The notes below the pieces were generated by a model. The model had not been told where the DNA came from. It saw nothing but the letters and a program-made list of their open reading frames with translations, and searched no databases. A stretch of DNA of 48,207 nucleotides from Octopus bimaculoides (Eukaryota), in contig NC_068987.1 of assembly GCF_001194135.2 (NCBI RefSeq), forward strand, positions 29,337,220-29,385,426, written 5' to 3'. Below, piece after piece: positions 36,204-48,173 of the stretch. The translations under genes and the position numbers were made by a program. The first letter of the stretch is position 1. The number at the start of each line of letters is the position of its first letter.

Positions 36204-37790
36204 CAGGCACTAAGACCTCTTACTCTACTTCCCCGGCTGCAGTCACAACTCAGGGCCCCATAAGTAAAAATTGTATTCGTCCTTGGTAAAGGAGTCTATC
36301 ACTATGAGGAAATCCTTTTCCGCCATGACCTCTTCAGCCACCTGCGGCTTTTAATGTAGGACAGGACCTCCTTTTTCCGACCTTCCAGATTCCTCACAAA
36401 GTTCTCTACGGCCCATCCCTTAAGAGAGAAGATCACGAATTCCTCATTTATTATACTGGGAGGGGCCACAGTTTCCTCCGTCGATGGCACAATTCCCACC
36501 GCCAAAGTTTCAAGACATGCCGGCAGTGTACTGCTAACCGCCGGCATTGTCCCATTCTTTTTCTTCTTTTTTCTCGTCTCTGATATAGGAGGGTATAGTT
36601 CTTCTGCTTTAACGGGAGGATACTCCCTCCCTCCCGTAGCTTTGGGGTCCTTCGGTGGTCCTTCCTCTACCAACTGTTCCAGGACCCTACTCTGATCCTG
36701 GGGACAGTTCTTTTTAATGTGGCCTGGTTCTAGGCACAGGTGACACTTGGGAATGGCGTCCTTCAAGTATCACTGGAAACCTGCAACCGGCCATTTTCAA
36801 AAAATCTGGAAAGGCCAGATTCTTAGCTGATTGGGTCCACAGGATCAAAACAGCTTTTGACCCAACCCAATCAGCCGCCGGCAATATTCTAACATTAAGC
36901 AGTTTGGATCCACTGCCAGCTAGACCCCGGCGGATAGTGTCTTCTATCCACTCGAGTTCTATCCCAGGTGGCAACTCGCAAACCCAAGCTCTTGTCAACT
37001 TCTTCCCACTTATTGTGGGAAGAAACAAAATCTCTTTGCCCCCTAAGGGCTGGCTAGCAAATTTGCGAGCCTCCTCAGGGGTGTCAAATAGCAACCACAC
37101 CGTTGCATACTTGACCTCCCACCCACCGGCAATAAATTTTATAGATGACAGATACTCTGCCAACTCTTTTTCAATTTGTATCTTTTTAAAGAGGGGAATG
37201 GTGTGGAGCGACTTTGAGTAAGTCCTCAACACCACCATCCTCTCTTCAAAGTCTTTCCTCCACTGTTTGGGTGGGATAATCTCCCACTCCAACGCAGTGT
37301 TGTTCATCTTTTTTGCGATGTTTTTTGGGAAAAAAAAGTCCACAGAAAAACAAAAGTTCAAAGAGTTAAAAAAATGAAGGAAGGAAGAAGAAAAGAAAAA
37401 CAGTTCAAAAACGCAGCAAACAATCTTCAGGCCGTCTTAGTACTCCTGGCCGACTCGGTAATCCACTTGGTAATTCAGGGCACAAAGCAGTCACACAACA
37501 ATTTCACCAAAAAATAGGTAAAACAATAAGCACACTGCTCGCAATTATTTGAGTAAGGATACGCCCCAAAAACACACTTCTCACCGTTAAGTGAGACTCA
37601 AAACACAACTATTGGCAGACAAATGCCCGGAACTCAGGGGAGATTTCTTGTTCGACAAAATAAATAAACACAAGCAATAAACCTCCACTGAATCCCCAAC
37701 CTTGTAGCTGTGCTTGACTTGTTCAATAATTCACGACGTTGATGTACAACGTCCTGACTCCCAGCAGTGCAAAGAAACACACAGACCAAC
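36204..37790 (-). mobile_element. L1/Tx1-like element with 5' UTR and complete ORF1 (CCHC knuckle); no ORF2 visible
   Basis: GT-rich leader 37790-37308; ATG at 37307. Frameshift near 36757 restores VILEGRIPKCHLCLEPGHIKKNC (CX2CX4HX4C). A second inferred shift near 36350 extends it to ...DEYNFYLWGPEL* at 36243. The 3' end lies in the N gap 35822-36203. Confidence 0.75.
36243..37307 (-). pseudogene. Retroelement ORF1/gag-like nucleic-acid-binding protein, ~355 aa, two frameshifts
   Basis: Joined from track ORFs 36714-37361 and 36302-36766 plus an inferred C-terminal frame; canonical CCHC spacing. Confidence 0.7.
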
Positions 37791-37835
37791 GCATGCGTGG
37801 AAGCAAGCTTCTTACCACACAGCCGCGTTTGTACC
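37791..37835 (-). mobile_element. SINE family C head, cut between the A and B boxes
   Basis: Minus-strand gcggctgtgtggtaagaagcttgcttccacgcatg matches the head at 6122-6085 and stops just before gttctgggttcagtcc. Confidence 0.7.
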
Positions 37836-38099
37836 TATATATGGAAGATTTTTTAATATCTTAGATGGCAAAAAGTAGTATCTATAGCTGTTTTTCAGGG
37901 CATCTGAAGCATGGAGAGGGAAAGGAGAAATTTATATTCAGACCGGAGATTTGGCTTGAATTAGACGACAAAACAAAAGTCCCTAAATACAAGCAAGATG
38001 GTGAAGTAGTAGTGCTTAACTGGCTAACTGATTAAATCAATCACTCTGATTTTCATTATAGTTACAAAAATAATAGACTTCAATTCTGATACAGATCCA

Positions 38100-38278
38100 G
38101 CAGTTTTTGAGGGAGTGGGAGGTCGATTACATCAAACTCAATACTTAACTGTTACTTCTTCTATCCACTCTGAAAGATGAAAGTCGAATTCAACCTCGTG
38201 TTCAAAACATAAGGACTTACAAAATACAGCTAAGCGTTTTGTCTGGCGTACTAACGGTTCTGCCAGCTCGCCGCCTTA
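38100..38278 (-). mobile_element. SINE family B
   Basis: Minus-strand aaggcggcgagctggcagaaccgttagtacgccagacaaaacgcttag matches the family B head. Confidence 0.8.
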
Positions 38279-38284
38279 AGTGGT

Positions 38285-38430
38285 ATCCAATTTTGGCACA
38301 GGGCCAACACTTTTTGAGAGAAGTGGAAAGTCGGTTATATCGAACTCAATACTTGACTGGAACTTATTTTACGGACACCCAAAGAATGGAAAGCAAAATC
38401 GAAACCTCGAGCTCAAAATGTAAAGACGAA
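38285..38430 (-). mobile_element. SINE family B, 5'-truncated, in tandem with the previous copy
   Basis: ccaattttggcacagggcc tail and gtaaagacgaacgaaat body. Confidence 0.7.
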
Positions 38431-38511
38431 CGAAATTCTTCTATTTTTTTCTATGCTAACTGTTATGCAATCTCGCAGGCTTATTCCAGTACAAATACAA
38501 TGGTGTGTAGT

Positions 38512-38892
38512 GGAGGCACAATGGCCCAGTGGTCAGGGCAGCGGACTCGTGATCATAGGATCGCGGTTTCGATTCCCAGACCGGGCGTTGTGAGTGTTTA
38601 CTGAGCGAAAACACCTAAAAAGCCCCACGAGGCTCCGGCAGGGGATGGTGGCGAACCCTGCTGTACTCTTTCACCACAGCTTTCACTTACTTCCTGTTTC
38701 TGTTGTGCCTGTAATTCAAAGGGTCAGCCTTGTCACAGTGTGTCACGCTGAATATCCCCGAGAACTACGTTAAAGGTACACGTGTCTGTGGAGTGCTTAG
38801 TCACTTGCACGTTAATTTCACGAGCAGGCTGTTCTGCTGATTGGAACAACTGGAACCCTCGACGCCGTAAGCGACGGAGTGCCAACAACAAT
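38512..38892 (+). mobile_element. SINE family A, full length
   Basis: Highly similar to 2890-3279. Probable 11-bp TSD with one mismatch: aatggtgtgta (38499-38509) / aatggtatgta (38893-38903). Confidence 0.9.
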
Positions 38893-39911
38893 AATGGTAT
38901 GTAAAATATAGTCAAAATTTGCAAATAATTATCTCAAAGACTAAAATATAAATGATAATTCTTATGCCGTCTGTCAAGTTTATCGAGGCAGCTACAATGT
39001 TTCGGTTCCTGATCGAANNNNNNNNNNCTGATCGAAGCCATTTCTCTTGTCATCGAGTTGCGTTGATGTACCATAGGATGACACAAACAATATTTCACTT
39101 CACATATATCCGCATTCCTTTAAAATAGAAATTTTTCATGTCAAGACGAGTTAATTCTGATGTGTTTATGTATGCACACATGCAGACAGACATATAATAT
39201 ATACAATGTGTAGAGTGATGGGTCCTGCAATATTTTGTATCCAAATTAGTTGATATATATCTGAGCATGCGTATATAAATCCATATATGTATGTATAAAT
39301 ATTTATGTATGTTTACGTTTGTGTGTGTGTAAATATGTGTGTGTATACATATGTATGTATATATGTGTGTATACATGTTTATGTATGTTTCTGCTTCTGT
39401 GCGCATGCGTTTGTGTGTATGTATGCATGATTATTTCACGTCATCAAAGGTTTTCGCTTTGTTTTTGTTATTTTTTTTTCTCTCGTTTGTGTCACATCAC
39501 TGTCAATAACATCCGTACATTCCCATCAAGACCTTTCTTTAACACTAATTAGGCTGTGTGAGTTAGAAAAAAAAATCTTCACAACATCAACAGAACATTG
39601 CAAATATCTTTAACTGATAAGAGTATGTGAGCATGAATACATTCATATATACACACATACACACTGACATAAACGCAAACAGATAACTATGAATTATAGA
39701 TGGCACTCGTATATAAAACGTGTATCACTGTACATCCACAGACACAAGCATATATGTAGGTACGCCTATATGCGTAGATAAGCGATGTTTATACACAAGT
39801 CTATATATCACAGTGTACATGCTGAATTTAGTTCAGTTCCATCAATGTTTTGTCAGCGCATAGAAACACAAGAAATAGAAGCCAGTCGCATGCAGCAGAG
39901 CGCAGTGGCTG

Positions 39912-39912
<1 letters not shown>

Positions 39913-39996
<84 letters not shown>
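39913..39996. repeat. (CT)n microsatellite
   Basis: Direct inspection. Confidence 0.95.
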
Positions 39997-40001
<5 letters not shown>

Positions 40002-40238
40002 ATGCTCATATCCTCTGTCTTTATCTTTCACGTTCACTGTCCTTCTCTGTGTTTCTCTCTGTCCCTCCTGTCTCTGCCTCTTAATTTATGTCTTTTAAGC
40101 GTTAAAGCGATGGACTAAACGTTTTCATGCCATTTATGTTGGACACTGTCCAAATTATACAAACTACACCGAAATCGGATACAATCATTTTATTTATCAT
40201 ATTTTTCTAACGTCTGATATATTTATAAATATCATACT

Positions 40239-40253
40239 GTAGTAGTAGTAGTG

Positions 40254-40313
<60 letters not shown>

Positions 40314-40359
40314 TAAGCAGTAGTAGAAGCAACAGCAGCAGTATTATTATTATTATTTT

Positions 40360-40415
<56 letters not shown>
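40239..40415. repeat. Two (TAG)n tracts separated by CAG/TAT repeats
   Basis: Direct inspection. Confidence 0.95.
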
Positions 40416-40416
<1 letters not shown>

Positions 40417-40927
40417 ACGATGACTAAGCTGGCAGAAAAAGAACGACTGAAGATACCTTCTGGTGTTTAGTCACGTCCCTTTTACAATTTGCTTGAGGGA
40501 TGGGATGAGAGTGATCAATAAAATCATCAGTCAACTACCCGGGTCCTTATATTCAGTAATAACTTCCGCAGCAATATGTGATTGTATGTCTGAGGCGGGA
40601 AGAAAATGTGTTGTCGATGTAAATGTTAATATAACAGAGTGCGTTGGACAGAATAACTTAGTTCATGAAAACTATATATATNNNNNNNNNNNNNNNNNNN
40701 NNNNNNNNNNNNNNNNNNNNNNNNNNNNNNNNNNNNNNNNNNNNNNNNNNNNNNNNNNNNNNNNNNNNNNNNNNNNNNNNNNNNNNNNNNNNNNNNNNNN
40801 NNNNNNNNNNNNNNNNNNNNNNNNNNNNNNNNNNNNNNNNNNNNNNNNNNNNNNNNNNNNNNNNNNNNNNNNNNNNNNNNNNNNNNNNNNNNNNNNNNNN
40901 NNNNNNNNNNNNNNNNNNNNNNNNNNN

Positions 40928-40958
<31 letters not shown>

Positions 40959-40961
40959 CAC

Positions 40962-40994
<33 letters not shown>

Positions 40995-41204
40995 GTATAT
41001 GCCGAAAGAATTTAGAAACTTCGAGAGGACGGGAAAAATTCTATTTTAACTATAGAACTCGAAGAGGGTAAAGCTATACTTAACACCATATAAATAATTC
41101 GTATTTTAGCAGGTTAAAAACCTAGTCGGACAGAAAAAGCCTTTGACTTTTAACTATAAGAAGTTTTAACGCAATATTTACATATGTGACTGTATGTATA
41201 TGTG

Positions 41205-41248
41205 TAGAGATACATGCATATATATATATATATATGCATGTATCTCTA
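41205..41248. repeat. Perfect 44-bp palindrome centred on (AT)n
   Basis: tagagatacatgcatatatata followed by its exact reverse complement. Confidence 0.95.
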
Positions 41249-41489
41249 TGTAAGTATGCATGTATCTATTCAGAGAGAGAAAGAGAGAGACACCATGAGG
41301 CCTAGGTTATTGAACTCGCGATTAATCATAAGAACATAAATTATTTCGAAATGATGATCAATCACTAACTTCTTCCTACTGTCACACAGTCGATGATCCG
41401 TTGGATACAGAGCGAGAAATATGAATGACGGCTATGATCAGCGTGAAAGTTTATGAATGTGCTTGTGTAAGTGTGTGCGTGAGTGTGTC

Positions 41490-41700
41490 TGTATGTAGGT
41501 GTCTTAAAAAATTTCGTGGTTTTGGGTTCAGTCCCACTACATGGCATAGCAGGCAATTGCCTTCTATTACAGCACCAGCCTTGTGAGTGAATTTTCTTTG
41601 ACGGTAACTGTGTGGACTCCCGTCAAATATATGTATATAAATGTATGTATAACTTTGTGATTCTGTTTGTTTCCCTACCATTGCTTAAGAAGAATTGTCG
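41490..41700 (+). mobile_element. SINE family C, degenerate
   Basis: gggttcagtcccactacatggca...gccttgtgagtgaatt..., then an AT run, then the start of the 3' half. Confidence 0.6.
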
Positions 41701-42479
41701 GCCAGACGTTAAAATTAGTACTGAGATTGATTTTTTTGACTGAGGCATTGAAGGTGGAACCCCATCAGGAACGTAGTCCAATGGTAAAACAAGTAAAATG
41801 GTAACATATACACGCATACACACACAGTCATACACATACACACTCACACACGCATATTATATAATGTATTACATATCATGTATATGATACATCATATAAT
41901 ACAATGCATTATATAATACGTTATGCTATATGATATATTATGCAATAAATTGCGTTATATAAATCATATTATGTAATATCTTATATGTATAATATTAATG
42001 TTTCTTTTCATAGCAGGTTATATATGAAAATAATTAAACATTAAACTGAAGGTGTACTCAATATTCTTTAGTAGTGTATATGCTTAGTAAACATTTACAG
42101 CCTTATTGTCTGACGATGACTAGCAAGCTGAAACTTCAAAGGCATTCTCACACATGTAAAAGTTGGAATATAATCAAATACAAGTACAAAATTCCATATG
42201 GCATATACCCACATGCCCACAATAATTCTCACTCCCGATTAGTCGAGATTGATTTTCCTCGTTAGACAATTCTTGATTCTTTGAACTATCTCCCCATCTT
42301 AAATGGAGGCGGTGTCATTCACTATTTGGTAACAGCAAAATTTTCTCTGGTAGCGGGGATAATTTATACTGTATCATATTTTTAATTTTGGTTTTAGATG
42401 ATGTATTTTCAAATTAATTTTCATTAAATTACTTTGACTTTATACATCGTTTTAAAACCCGTTCTTCGCTCTATCTAAT

Positions 42480-42795
42480 CATGTTACTCATTTTCTTTTC
42501 GAATAATTAGGCCATTTTTCCGGAACGTTGAATATAACATGGACAAAAAGCAAATTCGCACAATTTTCTTATTCCAGTTCAAGCTAGGCCGAAAAGCTGC
42601 TGAAACAGCTCGCGATACCAGTGATGCGTTTGGGCCAGAAACCACTAACGAACGTACAGTACAATGCTGGTTCAAGAAATTTCGAAGCAAAGACGAGAGT
42701 CTTGAATATGATAAGCGTAGTAGTCGACCATCAGATGTCAATAACGATCAACTAAGAGCCTTAGTGGAAGCCAACCTACGCACAACTGTTCGAGA
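42480..42795 (+). mobile_element. Mariner transposase N-terminus (HTH), 3'-truncated
   Basis: ATG 42539: MDKKQIRTIFLFQFKLGRKAAETARDTSDAFGPETTNERTVQCWFKKFRS...SRPSDVNNDQLRALVEANLRTTVRE, a typical mariner/SETMAR-like N-terminus. Confidence 0.9.
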
Positions 42796-44575
42796 GAAGG
42801 AAGTAAATGGTGGGGATGTTAAGAGTGCGGACAATGAGGTTGGAGGCGGTGGGAGGGTGACAGGAGTAGGAGATGGGGGCCATGGACAGTGGAGGGCACA
42901 GTCTGCTGGTAGGTAGGCATGGGGTTGGAGGGCAGAAGGAAATAGGAGGTCTCTTGAAGTTGGTGGAGAGCTTCAGCCTTGTAGAGGTCTGCGCGCCACA
43001 CCACCACGGCTCCACCATTGTCGGCCGGTTTTATGATAAAGTCTTAGCGACGTCGGTGACATCGAAGGGCCGAGAGTTCGGCTGGGAAGATGTTCAGACG
43101 TCGGGGACGCCTGCGAAAGTTAAACNNNNNNNNNNNNNNNNNNNNNNNNNNNNNNNNNNNNNNNNNNNNNNNNNNNNNNNNNNNNNNNNNNNNNNNNNNN
43201 NNNNNNNNNNNNNNNNNNNNNNNNNNNNNNNNNNNNNNNNNNNNNNNNNNNNNNNNNNNNNNNNNNNNNNNNNNNNNNNNNNNNNNNNNNNNNNNNNNNN
43301 NNNNNNNNNNNNNNNNNNNNNNNNNNNNNNNNNNNNNNNNNNNNNNNNNNNNNNNNNNNNNNNNNNNNNNNNNNNNNNNNNNNNNNNNNNNNNNNNNNNN
43401 NNNNNNNNNNNNNNNNAGGGGTAAGTGTGTAGGGAGGTTGGAGTAACGGAAGGGTTGGGGGTGAGGATGAGGGGGACGCATATCGGGGAGGGAGGGGTGG
43501 AGGTAGTGGCCTTGGGTGTGACAGAATGAAGGTGTGAAGTTTACGTTGTTTCATGCGAGCGAGAAATTCATGGAAGATATGATGTAAATGGATTATGCAG
43601 CGTAGAATGGAATGTGCATAGGAAGGAGAAAGAGAGGAAAAAAGATGGAGTAATCGAGAGGGAGAAGGCGGTCGAAAGTGTGTATTTTGGAGAGATTCAA
43701 ACGAATGGTGGCACGCAAAGGGTGGTAGGAAGAAGTACGGAGTATGGGCAGGATGGCAGAAGCAGAGTGCAGAGTGGGAAGTGGGGTGAAAGTGGAAGCG
43801 GAAACCTTTGGGGATGAGGTGGTGGTGAAGGTAGTGACCGAGAAATAAAACGTAGCTAGAGAACCGTGTTTTTTTTTTCCTTTAATTAGTACGAAAAGAT
43901 TAATAGAAGGTTGAAAGCAGCGAAAGAAAGTGTTGAAAGGTATTTCTTTAGGCGGTGGTGAAGGTGGAGGAGGAAAGATTTGCAATCGGGCTTCATTGAT
44001 AAAGGAGAAAAAAGGGGGAGAGGAAACGGCAAATTAATGACGTACGGAGTATAAAAGTTCAAAAAGACGTGAGTAGACAATTCAGAAGGCAGGAGGAGAA
44101 GAAAAATATTAAAAAAAGAAAGTAAAAGAAATAGAGAAAAGAAGAAAAAAGACGAAAAAGAAAAGAAAGGGAGAGAGAGAGAGAGAGGGAGAGATGCAGG
44201 CAAAGTAGCAACGTACGGATTAAGAGAAAACAAAGTAAGAAAAAAAAAACAGAATAAGAAAAAACAGAAAGTTCAAAATAGTTCAAAATGGTTCAAACGT
44301 TGTGGTGTATTGGAACGATTTTTTATGAACGGAAGAGTCCAAAGAAATCCATATGTATATCCAGTAGTAATACTGGTGGAATGCCGTTATGTAGACAATG
44401 AGAGGTGCAGCAATTTCAGGTAGTTGTAAGTCCGAAGTGTAGGAGGTTAAAGCAGGATAAAACTGGTGCGACCACGTGAGCGTACAACACAGTTGAAATC
44501 TACAGAAAAAGAAAAGACGAAGACAGGTGTATAAGCAACAAGAATGTATATTAGTTTGACGCTCGGGGAGGTGAG
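42796..44575 (-). mobile_element. Penelope-like element (GC-richer family): leader, ORF N-terminus and start of RT; 3' part missing
   Basis: ATG ~43996 MKPDCKSFLLHLHHRLKK...FLGHYLHHHLIPKGFRFHFHP; gap 43126-43416; then VVWRADLYKAEALHQLQETSY...PPTASNLIVRTLNIPTIYFL, broken just before PKIHK. Confidence 0.8.
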
Positions 44576-44632
44576 AAACCGCGATCCTATGACCGCGAGT
44601 CCGCTGCCCTAACCACTGGGCCATTGCACCTA
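44576..44632 (-). mobile_element. SINE family A head only
   Basis: gaaaccgcgatcctatgaccgcgagtccgctgccctaaccactgggccattgcacct matches the first ~55 nt of family A. Confidence 0.85.
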
Positions 44633-44634
44633 CA

Positions 44635-47600
44635 CAGCAAGAATTGATATACAACAACAAAATTACTTGAAACCACATCTCTGGAAGAAACTTCTTAATC
44701 AATGGAAACATGCATATTAGAAAAACATTCGATGCAACAAAATAGTCAAAACCTACCAGAATTGGCGAAGCAAAGAAAACCCAATCCTGACCAGAAAATT
44801 TCTTATTAAAGAAATAAGAAATGAATCACTGGAAGAGACAACGATACGCGCGAATTTAGCTTTATGCCGACTAGAAGCAGAAATCGCTCTTCTACAATCA
44901 CGAACAATATGACACGAAGAGAAAGTAAAAACAATTGACGCAGTTATGTTCGCTGAAATCGCTGAGCGGAGTGACAATCAATGTCATGTCAAACTACAAA
45001 ATCTATGGCAAGAAGACACAAAGCGGAAAGTAGAAAAATCCATAAAAATGTGGGTAAAACAAGAGTGATTCACTATGAAAATAACATGGAGAAAAATCCA
45101 TTATGAAAACGAAACCATGACAGCAACAAAAATTACAAGGAAATCGAAAACAAATATAGACACCATCCCCAGAGGAACTGGACTAAGGTATCGAACCTCT
45201 AATTACCCAAGAACATGCGCGGAAATTATCTCCATCTTACCACAAGTACAGACCAGAAACCCATATTCTACAATACATAACATTGAAAATTGCCAACACA
45301 TGAAATATAGAAGACAACCATCAGCACATAATTTCAAACACCATAGTTGGATCAATGCAAAGGAAAAAAACACATGAAAGACAAATAACATACAGACAAC
45401 CACCAACCCGTAATAACATTACTCTAGATAGATGGATACATGGGAAGAAAGGCAAATAAAATACAGAATGCACAGGTGCTCTAATATGAATAATAATAAT
45501 CATGATAACTCGAGCAACCCACGATTTACGAACCAAAATTCCATATATCCTAAATGGCGAAAAAAATATGGAAGATGGGAAGAAAACAAAACTTATAATC
45601 AACCGAATTCGTATAAAATACATAAACCATCCTGCGGCCTACATGAGAACCAGAACGCCGAAATCAGAATATGGATACACGGTAACACGAATTCATTTTG
45701 TAGAGAGAAAATACCAAAATCAAGCACCGGACCCGATACAACGCAAAATTTAAATGAACACACAAAACATATAGACCCGAAGATCATAAATTTGTCAAAT
45801 AGAAACCTCAACAAGAATGAGATGAACCTCCTAGTAAAAGGTTTCGAGTTTACCCCTGACACCCACCCCTATATTCATTGAACTGAAATCTAATATTGAA
45901 CACTTCAACCGCCACCTCCGACTTATAGAATTCTTCAGCAGTAAGGGTTTAAATGATGAAACAATAGTCAGAAATAAATCCTACTTCACCCAATACAAGG
46001 GAAAGGACAAATATTTAGACGCGTATATTGAGACGATTTCAAAATTTTCCCTAAATATCCACAGATGCAAACAAAACCTTCGTGAAGAAGAAAACGAAGC
46101 ATTACAAACACTGAAGAATGACACCTCAATCATCCTAAAAGAAACCGATAAGGGCGGGGCGATAGTAATCATGGACAAGGACTATAATATAGATAAAATA
46201 TTGGAAATGTTAACAAGCCAAACCTACTACAAAGAAGAACCAAGACACACAGAAAAATCAATAATGAATAAAATCAGAAGACTAATCAATGAATTCCAAG
46301 ATTCCTTCACAGACAAGGAGAAAGGTTATATATGCAACTCTATAATCAGAGAGAGAGCAATTTCTACGTATTACCCAAAATCTACAAGAGCTCCGAAATA
46401 CAAAGTGCCATAAATAAGCAGAGAAACCAATACGTAAAAATACTAAGGCCTGCCTCAAGCTAAGACCAATAATTGCTGGACCTCAAGAAACAACGCAACT
46501 ACTAAGTCATTTTTTAGATATACTCCTAAAACCTTTGTACCCCTTAAAACCCAGTTATGTACGGGATAGCATAGATTTCATCCAACACTTCCCTCCCACT
46601 GTCGCAGAAGATACTATACTAACAAGTTTTGATGTCACCAATCTCTATACTAATATACTTCACACTTTAAGCCTAGAAACAATCAAACACTGGCTAAGGA
46701 AACATAGGGGACGGATAAATGAATGCTTCAAGACTGACTTCATCACCAGGGCCACACGTCTAGTACTAGAAGAAAATACCTTTAGATTCAACAATAAAGC
46801 ATATCGACAGATAATAGGGCACAGCTATGGGAACGCGGTTTTCGCCCTCATATGCAAACTTAGTTATGGGATACTCGGAAGAAAAACTTTATGAGGAAGT
46901 AGAAAAATCTTTTCATCAGGAGTACAAGAAATATATCATTAAAAAGTGGAAACGCTTCCATCATGATTGCTTCATCTTCTGGGAAAGATCGAATGAAGAT
47001 CTAAGTATATTTAACATTATACTAAACACACTTCACCCATCCATCAAATTCACGACAAAATCTAGTTGCACTGAATTACCATTCCTGAATATCCACATAA
47101 AAATACAGAACTCCACAGTCACAACAGACATAAACTAAAAAGAAAAAACTGACATACACCAATATTTAAATTTCTACTTTGCCCTCCATCACACATCAAA
47201 AGAAACTGCCCATACAGCATGGCAAGGCGCATCTGTACAATAGTAACTGACCCCAAAATATGTGAAATCCGACTCAACGAACTCAAAGGCTTCCTCACAA
47301 TTAAGAAATACCCCTTAGGATTAATTAATGAGGGAATTAAAAAGGCGATGAAACTGAACATCACTCAACTACGGATACCTAAGGAAAAATTTAATGAAAG
47401 CACAATTCTGTTCGTTGACGCACAGAGTCCTGGAATAACCAACATCTTTCACGTCATAAAATAGAACTTACCTATACACCTACAAAACCCCAAAATGAAA
47501 AATATGATTGAAAAAGACACCCTACGGAATAGTAGATGCCTTCCAAAAAATCTTTAAAATCACCTCACAAGGGCAAACTTCAAATCAAAAAATGAATCAA

Positions 47601-48072
47601 AATGCTTAATAAAAGAATGTGGAGATAGACGTACAGCATGCAACAAAAACTTCAAATATTTAGAAATTGGTTCCCACCTAAAATTCAGGATCGGATCCCA
47701 TTTCAAAATAAATGCAGATATGAACTGCAAAACGCAAAACCTCATATACTGCATTACCAGCCCAAACTGCAAAGAAAATTCCATTGGCGAAATAAATAAT
47801 TCTTTCTTCCAACGTGCAAAAATCCACAGGCAACATATCAAACAAGAGGAATTACACAAGATTCCATTAAGTAAGCATCTGGAAATATGCAGCGACGGAA
47901 AATTCAAATTGTTCCCTTTTACAAATGTGCTCGGGACGATCCGCAATACCGAAAAGCAATGGAACTACATTTCATCAAAAATTCTCTCCAAAATTGAATG
48001 TTTGAAGGTAAAGCGGAGAATTTACATGTTTTATTCCAAATGAGGCTCATTTCTACAAATGCCGAGGCATGT
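44635..48072 (+). mobile_element. Near-full-length Penelope-like element (RT + GIY-YIG), inactivated
   Basis: DPKIINLSNRNLNKNEMNLLVKGFEFTP; LKETDKGGAIVIMDKDY; LRPIIAGP; SFDVTNLYTNI; MGTRFSPSYANLVMGY; RFHHDCFIFW (decayed DD); NCKTQNLIYCITSPNCKENSIGE (decayed GIY-YIG). Many stops and frameshifts. Confidence 0.92.
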
Positions 48073-48107
48073 GTATGTGTAGCATTGCGATGTTCTAGGT
48101 TTGCGTA

Positions 48108-48124
48108 TATATATATGTGCGTGT

Positions 48125-48173
<49 letters not shown>

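Noticed and set aside
38239-38604. 121-aa ORF
   Set aside because: Read-through of adjacent family B and family A SINE sequence.
39009-39036. Direct repeat ctgatcgaa flanking a 10-N gap
   Set aside because: Most likely an unresolved contig overlap, not a TSD.
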